A program made the translations under genes and the position numbers. Below are positions 29,723 through 39,963 of a stretch of DNA of 59,946 nt, piece after piece; position 1 is the first letter of the stretch, and every line of letters starts with the position of its first letter. The notes beneath the pieces are model-generated. The model was not told the origin of the DNA. It did not search any database and saw nothing but the letters and a program-made list of their open reading frames with translations. This stretch comes from Clostridia bacterium (GTDB taxonomy: Bacteria; Bacillota; Clostridia; Lachnospirales; Lachnospiraceae): positions 1 to 59,946 of the forward strand of contig JAJQEA010000279.1 of NCBI GenBank assembly GCA_021201905.1, read 5' to 3'.

Positions 29723-31093
29723 TTATGACCAGGTGCGGTCATGTGAATAATCATTGTCCCAATCAGCTGTATCTGCCCACATATCCGGGTAATCCGGATG
29801 GAGATGTTCACGTATCACATCATCCTCCAGGTTTTCAATCCCAAGCCCCGGCGCGTCAGGCACTGTTATATATCCGTTGTCTACGATTGGTTTTGGCAAT
29901 CCGGTTACCAGGTCAGACCACCATGGAATATCCACGGAATGGAACTCCAAAGCCAGGAAGTTTTCCGTGGCTGCGATACTGTGGACCGCCGCCATGCAGG
30001 CGATAGGGCTTTCCGCCATATGTACTGCCATGGCCACTCCGTATTCCTGTGCCATGTCTCCGATTTTCTTGTTCTCCAGTATTCCTCTGCTGGTGAGTAT
30101 ATCCGGATGGATGACTGATACGCCTCCCCGTTCCAGGAGCGGACGGAAATTTTCCTTCAGGTATATGTCCTCACCTGTACAAATGGGCACTGTGGTGGAA
30201 TTCCTAAGTCTCACATACTGGTCTGTTAACTGCCAGGGTATCAGGTCCTCCATCCATGCGATATTGTACTTCTCAATCCTTCTGGCCAGCCTGATACAGG
30301 ATTCTACGCCTATATGCCCGAAGTGGTCAATGGCCAGAGGGATTTCATACCCAATCACACTTCTTACATCCTTTACATACTGCTCCAGAATATCATAACC
30401 ATATTCCGTTACCTGGACCCCTGTAAACGGATGGGGAATATTCTGCATGTCATACATCCGGTTTCTCCAACTTCTCTTATCCGGTGTCAGATTGCGGCTG
30501 ATGGCCTCATATGTCCTGGAGGACTGGTTTAAATCCCCGACCATCCCTAATGGTGCGCACAGAGCGCCCGGAATATCGTACAGAAGATCGATTCCCAAGT
30601 CCATTTTCAGGAAGGTAAATCCCTTATCCATTCTCTTCTTAAGGGCTTCTCCCATTTCCTTGCCGGTATGTTTTCCCTCAATATCCGTGTCACAGTACAT
30701 TCTGATACGGTCTCTGAACTTACCTCCCAGCATTTGATATACAGGTACTCCATATGCTTTTCCCGCCAGGTCCCAGAGGGCAAGCTCTATGCCGCATACG
30801 CCTCCGCCCTGTCTGGCAGGGCCTCCAAACTGTTTAATCCTGCGGAATAGTTTATCAATATTGCAGGGATTCTCGCCTATGAGACAGCTTTTAAGAGCCA
30901 GAACATAATTCCTGGAACCTCCGTCCCTGACTTCACCATAGCCCACCAGTCCCTGGTTTGTATAAACCTTTACCAGGGTACAATGCATGGGAGCCCCTAC
31001 GATATCAGTTACCCTTATGTCTGTAATCTTTAAGTCACTTGGTCTGGAATTGGTATTCACATGATTCATAAGCATATCGTCTCTATCTTCCAT
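29723..31093 (-). CDS. Mandelate racemase/muconate-lactonising (enolase) superfamily enzyme, probable acid-sugar dehydratase
   Basis: GLVGYGE, ALWDLAGK, KMD, metal ligands D(HFGH)/WMED/TGED, HPD and PGLG. Confidence 0.88.
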   Translation of the reverse strand: MEDRDDMLMNHVNTNSRPSDLKITDIRVTDIVGAPMHCTLVKVYTNQGLVGYGEVRDGGSRNYVLALKSCLIGENPCNIDKLFRRIKQFGGPARQGGGVCGIELALWDLAGKAYGVPVYQMLGGKFRDRIRMYCDTDIEGKHTGKEMGEALKKRMDKGFTFLKMDLGIDLLYDIPGALCAPLGMVGDLNQSSRTYEAISRNLTPDKRSWRNRMYDMQNIPHPFTGVQVTEYGYDILEQYVKDVRSVIGYEIPLAIDHFGHIGVESCIRLARRIEKYNIAWMEDLIPWQLTDQYVRLRNSTTVPICTGEDIYLKENFRPLLERGGVSVIHPDILTSRGILENKKIGDMAQEYGVAMAVHMAESPIACMAAVHSIAATENFLALEFHSVDIPWWSDLVTGLPKPIVDNGYITVPDAPGLGIENLEDDVIREHLHPDYPDMWADTADWDNDYSHDRTWS

Positions 31094-31122
31094 TCCTGTT
31101 TCCTCTCTTTTATTCTCACGTT

Positions 31123-31971
31123 TTACTTAACACTTCCTTCATATTTACCCGATATGAGCATACTCTGCGCAACAATATAGAGTAACGTTACCGGCAGTGA
31201 ACAGACCACCGAAGCGCTCATGATTCTTCCCCATATGGTGGAATCAGCATACTTGAAGCCTGATATGGCTACCGTGGCCGTTTTCTGCACATTGCTGGTT
31301 GTCATAATCATGGCATACAAATATTCATTCCACGCCATGGTAAATGCAAAGGTGGCCACCACCGCAATCCCGGGAAGGGCAATTGGCATAATGATATATC
31401 ACAGCGTCTGCAGACGGTTGCAGCCGTCTATAAGCGCCGCCTCCTCCAGCGCGTAGGGAATCGCCTTAAAATAACTGATAAGCATATAACAGCAATAGGG
31501 TACCACAAAAGTAGGGTATATGATTAAAAGCGCATATTTGTTATCGTAAAACCCCAGGCTGCTTACAAACACATACATTGGTACGAACAGCACGGCCGTA
31601 GGCATTAGGTATGAAATAATAATACTGTTCCTGAAAAATGCTCTTCCCGGATACTTAAGCCGTGTCATTGCATACGATCCGAGTATACCGATTGCCAGGC
31701 ATATGACTGTAGTAATGGCTGCTATCACAAAGCTGTTCCATACATTGTGCATAAAAGAGGTGTTATAAATCAAATCAATATAATGATCAAAGGTTATTAC
31801 ATTGGAAAATAACAGCGGTCTTGCCACATACATTTCCTCGTTTACAGTAAGGGATGATTTTATCATCCAGTAAATGGGAAAGATTGTCCATAAAAGTGCA
31901 ATAATTAAAATCCCATACGTGGCTGTAGTCCGCATGACCCGGCTGCGTTTCTTCATTACCATCCAGTCCAT
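31123..31971 (-). pseudogene. Carbohydrate ABC permease interrupted by an in-frame TGA (31399-31401)
   Basis: EEAALIDGCNRLQTL*YIIMPIALPG; both ORFs are in the same frame; TGA at the usual Trp (TGG) position. Confidence 0.85.
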
Positions 31972-31979
31972 CTCCTTCC

Positions 31980-32894
31980 CTATTCATTTCTGTCTCCGTT
32001 AATCACCTTCTGGGATACCAGAATCAGTATGACCATAAGCGGTATCACCGACACTGCCACCGAGAGAGCCCTGCCAAAAGAATTCTGTATAAATGCCAGA
32101 TCATAGGTGTAAGTGGAGATTACACTGGAGGAGTAAATCGGTCCACCTCCAGTGATTAAAAATACATTCTCAAAATCATTAAAGGTCCATATGGTGGACA
32201 AAAGTGTGGAAATGCCCAAAACGCTTGATATTCCCGGAAGCGTTATATACAAAAAACGCTTAAACATACCTGCACCGTCTACATAGGCGGCTTCAAAAAT
32301 CTGTCCGTCCAGAGTCTGCAGTGCTCCCAGAAGACTGAACATGAAGAAGGGAACGCCTCTCCACACATTCACAATCATGGTGCTTAGCAGCATGATATCA
32401 GGGTTGCTCAGCCACGGGATAGGAAGGCTTATAAGGCCGGCTTTCAGCAGCAGGCTGTTAATAATGCCATATGTGCTGTCATACATCCATCTCCAGGTAG
32501 TGGCAGCCACCATTCCGGGCAATGCCCAGGGAATAAGAAGCGCAGTCCTAAAAAATGCCTTTCCCCTGAACTTCTGGTTCAGGATAACCGCCAGCAGAAG
32601 TCCCAGCGCCAGTTTCGCCGTAATACATCCCACTGTATAGATAATCGTATTGAACAGGGACTTCCAGTAAATCTTATCCCCAAAAAGAGCCAGGTAGTTA
32701 TCAAACCCAATAAACTGTTCCGGTACCCCTACCACTTTGTTTGTAAAGCTTAAGTACAATGCCCTTATAAACGAGATTCCGGTAATACCAAATATCACGG
32801 CAGCAATTGGCACCATCAACAGAAGCCCGAGACGCTTATCTAACAGCTGCTGGGAATGCGAATACTTCCTTTTTTCTGATTTTTTTCCTGCCAT
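31980..32894 (-). CDS. Carbohydrate ABC transporter permease
   Basis: FIGFDNY; EAAYVDGA loop. Confidence 0.92.
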   Translation of the reverse strand: MAGKKSEKRKYSHSQQLLDKRLGLLLMVPIAAVIFGITGISFIRALYLSFTNKVVGVPEQFIGFDNYLALFGDKIYWKSLFNTIIYTVGCITAKLALGLLLAVILNQKFRGKAFFRTALLIPWALPGMVAATTWRWMYDSTYGIINSLLLKAGLISLPIPWLSNPDIMLLSTMIVNVWRGVPFFMFSLLGALQTLDGQIFEAAYVDGAGMFKRFLYITLPGISSVLGISTLLSTIWTFNDFENVFLITGGGPIYSSSVISTYTYDLAFIQNSFGRALSVAVSVIPLMVILILVSQKVINGDRNE

Positions 32895-32923
32895 CTTATC
32901 CCCCTGTCATGCCAATTCCGTTA

Positions 32924-34285
32924 CTAGTTATAAATCTTATTGAATTCTGCCTCCAAATGGTCCAGGGCCTCCTGCGGGTCAGCCTTGTTAACAACAATTT
33001 CCTGTACAGCCTTCACGCAAAGCTGGTTTGTAAAGGATACCGTGGCCCTTTCATCTGACGGTGCCGGGTAATAGGTCTTATATGTATTCTTAGAGTTGGC
33101 AAGCCATCCTGCATTGACCGGGTCCTTCCAGAAATCTGTGTCATCCACTCCGTTCACAACCGGCTGCCACATGGCTCCCATAGCCTCAATCATGGCATTA
33201 TAATTATCCAGGTCCTCAAAATAGTACTTAACAAAATCTTTTGCGACTTCTGTATTTTTACCTGTCTCAAATATTCCGAATACATTGGCTCCGCCCAGGG
33301 TAAACGCCTCCCCTGTAGGCCCTGCGGGATATGCGATGATCTGTGTGTTCGCAAGAAGATCCGGCTTCTCCTCTTTCATGCTGGATACCACGGAACCCGA
33401 ATTTGTGATGACACCAACAGTACCGGCCAGGTAAGCGTTGTTGTTCCAGCTGTCGTCGCCCGTAATCGCATCAGGAGGAATCAGACCCTCTTCATATAAG
33501 CTTGCTATAAATTTAAGTGCCTCCAGTGTCTCAGGAGAATTGACTGTGACCTTTCCGTTCTCATCTACCGGGATACCTCCCCAGTCCAGTATAATGGTCC
33601 TGCAAAATCCCTCGGCATCTCCTCCGCCGGACGCACCCATGGCAAAACCAAGGCCATAGAAGCCGTTAGCCGGATCATTCATCAATTTTGCGCCTTCCTT
33701 CAGTTCTTCCCAGGTTGTGGGAATATCCATTCCTGTCTTCTCCCACTGGTCCATCCTTAAGTACATGCCGGGCGCTGTAAATGCCAAAGGCACAAGATAA
33801 GGCTTACCGTTGAAGGTTCCCAGTATTTTTGAATTCTCCGTAAAATCCACGGCCTCAAATATATCTGAACACTCTGCTATCTGCTGCATGGAAACAAACT
33901 GCCCCACCAGCGTATCATCGCCCACAATCAGATCAGGGGCATTGCCTGCCTCAATGGCAGCCATCAGCTTTTGCTTCATATCAGCAGCAGGTATGACCAC
34001 ATAATCCACATCCACATGATTCTCGCTGGCAAATTCATCCACCTTGGCCTTCATCATGGTGTTATAACCCTCAACATACTCTGACTTATCCCAGAACACC
34101 ATCTTCTTCTGTTCCACGGCGCTGTCTCCTGATTCGGCTGATGCGGATGTCTCAGCCTTAGCAGTGGTGGGCGCTGCTGTTGTAACCACATTTTCTGATG
34201 ATTTCACAGAACATCCCGTAACCATGGATGCTGCTAATCCAAATCCAAGTACAAGAGATACTATTTTTGTATATCTTTTCTTCAT
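32924..34285 (-). CDS. Sugar ABC transporter substrate-binding lipoprotein
   Basis: Lipobox VTGC; AGNAPD and PTTWEEL motifs. Confidence 0.9.
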   Translation of the reverse strand: MKKRYTKIVSLVLGFGLAASMVTGCSVKSSENVVTTAAPTTAKAETSASAESGDSAVEQKKMVFWDKSEYVEGYNTMMKAKVDEFASENHVDVDYVVIPAADMKQKLMAAIEAGNAPDLIVGDDTLVGQFVSMQQIAECSDIFEAVDFTENSKILGTFNGKPYLVPLAFTAPGMYLRMDQWEKTGMDIPTTWEELKEGAKLMNDPANGFYGLGFAMGASGGGDAEGFCRTIILDWGGIPVDENGKVTVNSPETLEALKFIASLYEEGLIPPDAITGDDSWNNNAYLAGTVGVITNSGSVVSSMKEEKPDLLANTQIIAYPAGPTGEAFTLGGANVFGIFETGKNTEVAKDFVKYYFEDLDNYNAMIEAMGAMWQPVVNGVDDTDFWKDPVNAGWLANSKNTYKTYYPAPSDERATVSFTNQLCVKAVQEIVVNKADPQEALDHLEAEFNKIYN

Positions 34286-35343
34286 AACTTCCTGCCTCCT
34301 TGTTTTTTAGGCTTTGAAGTTGAGTTTTTCACACACACCTTCAAACCAACCAGTTCCGACTCAAAAGGCTTTCCGCTGTCAATCAGCTTTACGAGCTTCC
34401 TCATGGCGATTCTCGTCACCTTCTCAGCCTTAGATTCCACACATGTAAAATCCTGATACTCCTCATCTACATTGGAATTCTTATAATACTCAAGAATCAT
34501 CACAGACAGGTCTTCCGGTATCCTGATTCCATATCCCCTTACCACATCCATGAATTGGCTCATAAAACAGCTGATGATGCCTACTGCCGTTGGACGGTTT
34601 GCAGGATTGAGCAGTTCATTGAACAGCAGTTTGATATCGGATGATGATTCATTCTGATTGATTCTGATATAAGAATAGTCCAATTTCTCGTCTTTCATTT
34701 CGGACATAAATTCATTAAAAGCCATACTTCTCACAGTCTGCACCACGCTGTTGGACTTTCCCTCCGTGATAATGGCCACTTTTTTGTGCTCCAGGTTATA
34801 AAAATACTCCAGGACATCCTTCATCGCTTTGCCATGGTCAGACGCCACATAATTGTAATTCTCAACGTTTAGTATCTTACCCACGCAGACATAAGGGATG
34901 CCTGCCCTCTCAAACTCCCTGAAGGCCAAACTGTCTTCTTCCAGGTCATACAGCAGGATGCCGTCTACCAGAGACGACGACAGGCTCTTTAAATACTCTG
35001 TGTCTTTATTGATATCTTCTGAATCCATGGAATAAATCAGAGTATTATAATCAAATTTCTTTGCTTCTTCTCCAAGAGCCGAGAATATGACCGGGTAATA
35101 CATGGTATCATTTAAATGTGAAATGTTTCTGGGAATGGCTAAACAAACTGTCTTGCTGTGGTTTTTAGACGACAGCCTGCGGGCGCTCAAGCTTGGTGTA
35201 TACCCCAATTCATCAATTGCATTTTTTATCTTCTTTTTTGTCTCGTCAGACATCCTCTCGAAATTTCCATTCAGATAATTTGAAACAGTGGACTTGGAAA
35301 CCCCTGAAAGCTTTGCTACATCAGATATTGTTGCGTTCTTCAT
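34282..35343 (-). CDS. LacI family transcriptional regulator
   Basis: TISDVAKLSGVSKSTVS HTH; IPEDLSV. Confidence 0.95.
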   Translation of the reverse strand: MKNATISDVAKLSGVSKSTVSNYLNGNFERMSDETKKKIKNAIDELGYTPSLSARRLSSKNHSKTVCLAIPRNISHLNDTMYYPVIFSALGEEAKKFDYNTLIYSMDSEDINKDTEYLKSLSSSLVDGILLYDLEEDSLAFREFERAGIPYVCVGKILNVENYNYVASDHGKAMKDVLEYFYNLEHKKVAIITEGKSNSVVQTVRSMAFNEFMSEMKDEKLDYSYIRINQNESSSDIKLLFNELLNPANRPTAVGIISCFMSQFMDVVRGYGIRIPEDLSVMILEYYKNSNVDEEYQDFTCVESKAEKVTRIAMRKLVKLIDSGKPFESELVGLKVCVKNSTSKPKKQGGRKL

Positions 35344-35430
35344 ACCCTCACCTCATGAATTATGATATTAAACCAATATTACCACACTTCCTGCTCAAAA
35401 AACATGGTCTTTTCGCAAAATGCGTGTAGG

Positions 35431-35547
35431 TGGAGCGGTTTAGTAGAACGGTTTATCAAATGTATAAAAAAAATAAAAATTGCTTTGGTGGAGCGGTTTA
35501 TCTCTTCCCTTATTAAATAATATAGCATTGAACATTATGCTTGTCAA
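35431..35547 (-). promoter_or_regulatory. Sigma-A promoter with three LacI-type operator copies
   Basis: TTGACA(35547)-N17-TATATT; TGGAGCGGTTTA at 35431 and 35489; TAGAACGGTTTA at 35444. Confidence 0.7.
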
Positions 35548-35749
35548 TGCATTATTAATTTTTATTTTTTTATGCATGTTTTACATTGTATTGCATACTT
35601 AAATTCATTAAATCAATATATGTATATATTTTAATATATTTCGCCTATTTTTTTGTGTTTATTGACAAGTCCATTTAATCACTTGGAGGGATATCGGGAA
35701 CGCACCGCGTTATTCCATAGTGTCCTTATGGCAATATTCTACGCCTTAT

Positions 35750-35789
35750 AAAAAAATACCAGCCGGCCGGATCACCTCCGGCCTGGCTG
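35750..35789 (-). terminator. Terminator after the CAP-domain gene
   Basis: CAGCCAGGCCGGA..TCCGGCCGGCTG-GTATTTTTTT. Confidence 0.75.
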
Positions 35790-35837
35790 TCTTCTTCTGT
35801 CTTACTTTATAATTTACTCTACAACTCACTCTACAAC

Positions 35838-36713
35838 TTACTTTATAAACAGCTGTGTCCAATAATCGGTTCCGCTGGCATCCTTATAATGCCCTACCCC
35901 AATGGAAGTAAAATCACGGTTCAGAATATTGGCCCTGTGGCCTGAGCTGTTCATCCAGCTCTGCATCACGGCCTCAGGCGAGTTTTGTCCATAGGCAATG
36001 TTCTCCCCAACACTTCTGTAGCTGATTCCGGCCTGTGTCAGAACTGTACTGAAGTTGCTGCCATCCGGTCTGGTATGTGAAAATGTGTTCCTGATTTCAT
36101 GCGCTCTTGTATTGGCTGCCTCTGCCACGCCTTCGTGGACAGTCAGTGGATTAAGACCCGCCTTTGCCCTCTCTGCATTTACCAGTTCAACCACTGCATC
36201 CGCATATGCGTCCTGGCTGCCGCCGTTATCCGGCTCACCGGGAACCGTATCCCCCGGAGCTTCGGGAGCCGTGCCCGGATTATCCGGCTGACCCGGCAGT
36301 GAGTTGTCCGGCAAAGAGCTGTCCGGGCTGCCCGGCAGTGAATTATCCGGAAGTGAGTTGTCCGGAAGTGAGCTGTCCGGCATCTCAGGTCCGGGCAGTT
36401 CCGGTGTGGGGAAGATGAAGTCGGGCGGTGTAACCTGGGGCAGACTGTTATCCGGCAGCACCGGGCCTGCGCCCCACCCGTTATTCTGGTTCCCGTTATT
36501 ATTCTGGCCCCATCCGCCGTTCTGGCCCCAGTTCCCATTCTGGCCTGTATTACCGGGAAGGCAGTTCTGTCCTCCCACACCAATCACGTATGCGCTTCCA
36601 TTGGCAAAAGGAATCTGATATGTAGATACGGCTGCCAGTGATGTCACCGGTATTGCTGCGGAAACAAGCATGGCTGCGGCTGCGGACAATGTGTACATGG
36701 ATATCTTTCTCAT
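35838..36713 (-). CDS. Secreted CAP/SCP-domain protein (YkwD-like) with Gly/Asn- and PDNSL-repeat linker
   Basis: Signal peptide; LVNAERA, FSHTRPDG, GENIAYG and WMNSSGHRANIL motifs. Confidence 0.9.
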   Translation of the reverse strand: MRKISMYTLSAAAAMLVSAAIPVTSLAAVSTYQIPFANGSAYVIGVGGQNCLPGNTGQNGNWGQNGGWGQNNNGNQNNGWGAGPVLPDNSLPQVTPPDFIFPTPELPGPEMPDSSLPDNSLPDNSLPGSPDSSLPDNSLPGQPDNPGTAPEAPGDTVPGEPDNGGSQDAYADAVVELVNAERAKAGLNPLTVHEGVAEAANTRAHEIRNTFSHTRPDGSNFSTVLTQAGISYRSVGENIAYGQNSPEAVMQSWMNSSGHRANILNRDFTSIGVGHYKDASGTDYWTQLFIK

Positions 36714-36729
36714 GGTTACCTCCTTATGT

Positions 36730-36757
36730 GTTACATAATTATTACATTTCTGTTACA
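36730..36757 (-). promoter_or_regulatory. Triple direct repeat matching the WalR box (TGTWAH-N5-TGTWAH)
   Basis: TGTAAC-AGAAA-TGTAAT-AATTA-TGTAAC between a TATAGT -10 box and the RBS. Confidence 0.6.
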
Positions 36758-36848
36758 AAACTATAATAACACATAATATTTGGAAAGCCATTAGGGAAAG
36801 ATTGGAAAAAATGTATGCCGCGGTCCCCTCTCCAATGCCAGCTCGTTT

Positions 36849-37691
36849 CTATCCCTTTATGCCAGTGGACGCAATACCTTCCACGTAATATTTCTGAAGA
36901 AATACGAACATCAGCAGCATGGGGATTGCCGATATGGTCAGGGATGCCATGATTGCTCCATAGTGTATCGGCTTTGAGCCAAAGAACGTCTGGATAGCCA
37001 GCTGGATTGTCCTCATGTCCTCCCCTGTAACCACCAGCATGGGCCACATAAAATCATTCCAGTGGGCCACGAAGTCCAGGATGAATATGGTGGCGTACAC
37101 TGTGCCTGAGATGGGCATTACAATGGTAAAAAATGTTTTGACAGGGCCGCAGCCGTCTATGGCCGCCGCTTCCAGCAGGTCATCGGGAATGTCTAAGAAG
37201 AACTGACGGAACATGTAGATGGAGAAGCATTTCCCCACAAAGGGAACAATCAGTCCGGCCCAGGTATTCACCCAGCCAAGGCTGGCAACCTCCTTGTAGA
37301 GGGGCAGCATAATAGCCTCCATGGGAAGCACCATAAGGCTGATGACCACTGTCAGCAGCAGCTCCTTTCCGGGGAAATCGAATTTTGCCAGGGCATATCC
37401 GCAGATAGAATTGACCGCCAGGTCCAGGATAACAATGACAAACACATAGAACAAGCTGTTGAGGATGAATTTCATCATATTCACCCTGGTAAACACTTCA
37501 ATATAGTTCCCAAGGGTAGCCGCGGTGGGCCAGAACGTCCTGATGGTGCTCATGTCGGAGAATATCTGCGCCTCCGGCTTCAGGGACGCGGCAATCATCC
37601 ACAGGAGCGGCGATACAAAAATCAGGGCGACAATTGCATTTCCGCCATAAAACAAAACGCGTTTTAGGATATCTTTTTCCTTTAATCCCAT
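36849..37691 (-). CDS. Carbohydrate ABC transporter permease
   Basis: LLEAAAIDGC loop; ends TGIKG. Confidence 0.92.
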   Translation of the reverse strand: MGLKEKDILKRVLFYGGNAIVALIFVSPLLWMIAASLKPEAQIFSDMSTIRTFWPTAATLGNYIEVFTRVNMMKFILNSLFYVFVIVILDLAVNSICGYALAKFDFPGKELLLTVVISLMVLPMEAIMLPLYKEVASLGWVNTWAGLIVPFVGKCFSIYMFRQFFLDIPDDLLEAAAIDGCGPVKTFFTIVMPISGTVYATIFILDFVAHWNDFMWPMLVVTGEDMRTIQLAIQTFFGSKPIHYGAIMASLTISAIPMLLMFVFLQKYYVEGIASTGIKG

Positions 37692-37703
37692 GATTTTCCC
37701 TCC

Positions 37704-38591
37704 TTAATCTGCCTTGATGACCCGCTTTAACATCAGCGACATGGTTACCACTATGACAAAAAATACCGTTGCCACGCTGCAGGCATACCCGAAATTCCTG
37801 CTCTGGAAGCCCTGTTCATAGATGTAATACACAAGGGTCCTGGTGGAATTCTGGGGACCGCCCTGGGTCATGACATAGGGCTGCGTAAACAGCTTCATGG
37901 CCTGAATCATCGTGATCATGACAACGTATTTAATGACATTTTTAAGCCCCGGCAGGGTCACATACAGGAACTTCTGGAAAGCGCCCGCACCGTCAATGGA
38001 CGCCGCTTCATACTGGTCCCCCGGTATGGCCTGAAGTCCTGCCAGGAAAATCATCATCTGATACCCTGCCGCCTGCCAGGCCGACATGAAGATAATGGAA
38101 TTCATGGACGTCTTGGGGTCTGTCAGGAAACCGCAGGGGGCAAAGCCCAGCTTTGTGAGAAATGTGTTCAGAAGGCCTGTGCTGGGATTGGGATTGTACA
38201 GCACGCTCCAGAGGATGGCAACCACCACCATGGAAGTGATGTTGGGGCTGAAATAGGCTGCCCGGAATATGGATACTCCCTTTCTCCTGGATGAAATCAG
38301 CATGGCTAAAAGCAGGGCCAGAATACACTGGAAGGGTACCACCACCACCGTAAAGTAGATGGTGTTTACCAGGGATTTCTTAAAGTCCCTGTCTCCAAAA
38401 AGCTCCACGAAATTGTCCAGTCCGCAGAATTTAATCTTATCCGGCCTGAGGATATTGTAATCAGTAAATGCATAGCGGACCGTGGAAACAGCGGGCAGTA
38501 TGAGGAACGCTGCCAGCAGCACCACTGCCGGAAGGATGAACAGGAACGCCGCCCGCCTTTCATGGACCTTATTCTTAGTACCATACTTCAT
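37704..38591 (-). CDS. Carbohydrate ABC transporter permease
   Basis: YEAASIDGA loop; start ATG 38591 follows RBS GGAGGT. Confidence 0.92.
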   Translation of the reverse strand: MKYGTKNKVHERRAAFLFILPAVVLLAAFLILPAVSTVRYAFTDYNILRPDKIKFCGLDNFVELFGDRDFKKSLVNTIYFTVVVVPFQCILALLLAMLISSRRKGVSIFRAAYFSPNITSMVVVAILWSVLYNPNPSTGLLNTFLTKLGFAPCGFLTDPKTSMNSIIFMSAWQAAGYQMMIFLAGLQAIPGDQYEAASIDGAGAFQKFLYVTLPGLKNVIKYVVMITMIQAMKLFTQPYVMTQGGPQNSTRTLVYYIYEQGFQSRNFGYACSVATVFFVIVVTMSLMLKRVIKAD

Positions 38592-38644
38592 GATATACCT
38601 CCTTTCCCTTTTAAAGGGAAGGGGGAGCACCGTCCCCCTCACCC

Positions 38645-39946
38645 TTACTCTGCGTAGTTCTTCTGGTAATTGGAATCAAAATCAGCTGCCAGCTGGTCTA
38701 AGGACTCCTTTACATCCGCGCCTGTAAACATATTCATCATGGCCTCTGAGAATCCGGGTGACAGCACGGTATAGCCGGGTGTTCTGGGTCTGGGATGGCC
38801 CGTATTCAGTGACTGCTCCTTAAAGAGAGAACGGGGATATTCATTGTACTCAGTCAGCGTGTCATAGCTGGATGCCCTGGTGGGAAGCTTTGCTATGGCC
38901 TGGGCATAGGAGGTCACATTTTCCTCATTCATCAGATAGGAGATAACAACGCCAGCGGCTTCCTCGTCCGCATTTCTTGTGATGCAGGCAGCCCAGTCCC
39001 CGGTAGGCGATGTGTTGATGCCGCCATTGTCAGCCACCGGAAAGTATGTAACGCCCCAGTTCAGGTCCGGGAAGGACTGCTCCAGAGTGGCCACTTCCCA
39101 GGAACCGCCCAGCATGGTGGCGCATTTTCCATTGTGGAATTCCTGCTTCATGGGGTCTATATTGGCATATCCATCCTGAATCAGGCTGTTGAGGAAATTG
39201 GCTGCTTCAATTCCTTTTTCACTGTTCACGTAGCCGTCTGCCTTGGAACCGTCCTCGCTCACAAAGTCAGTGCCGTTGGAAATCCAGAACTGCTCCAGCA
39301 CATAGGGCAGTCCCTCTCCCTTATCCATGATAATGTTGGTTCCTGCCACGTCGCTGGTGGTCAGCTTACCTGCAATATCAGCGTATTCAGACCAGGTCAG
39401 GGCGTCCTCCATCTTATCCGGCATGGTGATGCCGGCCGCGTCTGTCATATCTTTATTGTAGTACAATGCCACGGAACTCTCAGTGGCTCCCAGTGCGTAC
39501 AGCTTCCCGTCATAGGTTCCCTGCACCTTGATGGATTCCACGAAATCACTCAAATCCTCCTCTGTAAAATAGGCGTCAATGGGTACGATGATTCCGTCCG
39601 CCGCGTAATTGGATATGTTGGGACCGTCCACAAACAGAATGTCCGGCAGGTCGTTGCTTGTCACGGCCACGTTAATTTTATCCTCGTAGGCATAGGAATC
39701 CGCCCGCACAATGGCCTCCCTCTTAAGCTCGATTTCTCCCTTGTGTTCTTCATTGAAGGCATTGATTTTCTCAACCCACCATTCTTCAATAGCCGGTTCA
39801 TCCGTGGGACTCCAGATAGTCACCAGTTTAGCCCCGTCGCTGCCTGTCTTGCCTCCCCCTGATTTGGAACTGCCGCCGCAGCCGCTCAGTGCGGATGCCG
39901 CCAAAACCACTGCCAGTGTCATACATGCCAATTTCTTATTCTTCAT
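38645..39946 (-). CDS. Sugar ABC transporter substrate-binding lipoprotein (fructo-oligosaccharide candidate)
   Basis: Lipobox LSGC; LPDILFVDGP; in an operon with GH32. Confidence 0.9.
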   Translation of the reverse strand: MKNKKLACMTLAVVLAASALSGCGGSSKSGGGKTGSDGAKLVTIWSPTDEPAIEEWWVEKINAFNEEHKGEIELKREAIVRADSYAYEDKINVAVTSNDLPDILFVDGPNISNYAADGIIVPIDAYFTEEDLSDFVESIKVQGTYDGKLYALGATESSVALYYNKDMTDAAGITMPDKMEDALTWSEYADIAGKLTTSDVAGTNIIMDKGEGLPYVLEQFWISNGTDFVSEDGSKADGYVNSEKGIEAANFLNSLIQDGYANIDPMKQEFHNGKCATMLGGSWEVATLEQSFPDLNWGVTYFPVADNGGINTSPTGDWAACITRNADEEAAGVVISYLMNEENVTSYAQAIAKLPTRASSYDTLTEYNEYPRSLFKEQSLNTGHPRPRTPGYTVLSPGFSEAMMNMFTGADVKESLDQLAADFDSNYQKNYAE

Positions 39947-39963
39947 AACCAATCTCCCTCTCT

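Noticed and set aside
31399-31401. Selenocysteine recoding of the in-frame TGA
   Set aside because: It falls at a usual Trp position in a membrane permease, not at a redox Cys; TGG>TGA is the simpler explanation.
28644-35696. 12-bp inverted match (CGGTATCCCTCC / GGAGGGATATCG) flanking the enolase-ABC locus as mobile-element ends
   Set aside because: Short and imperfect, with no transposase or target duplication; could arise by chance.
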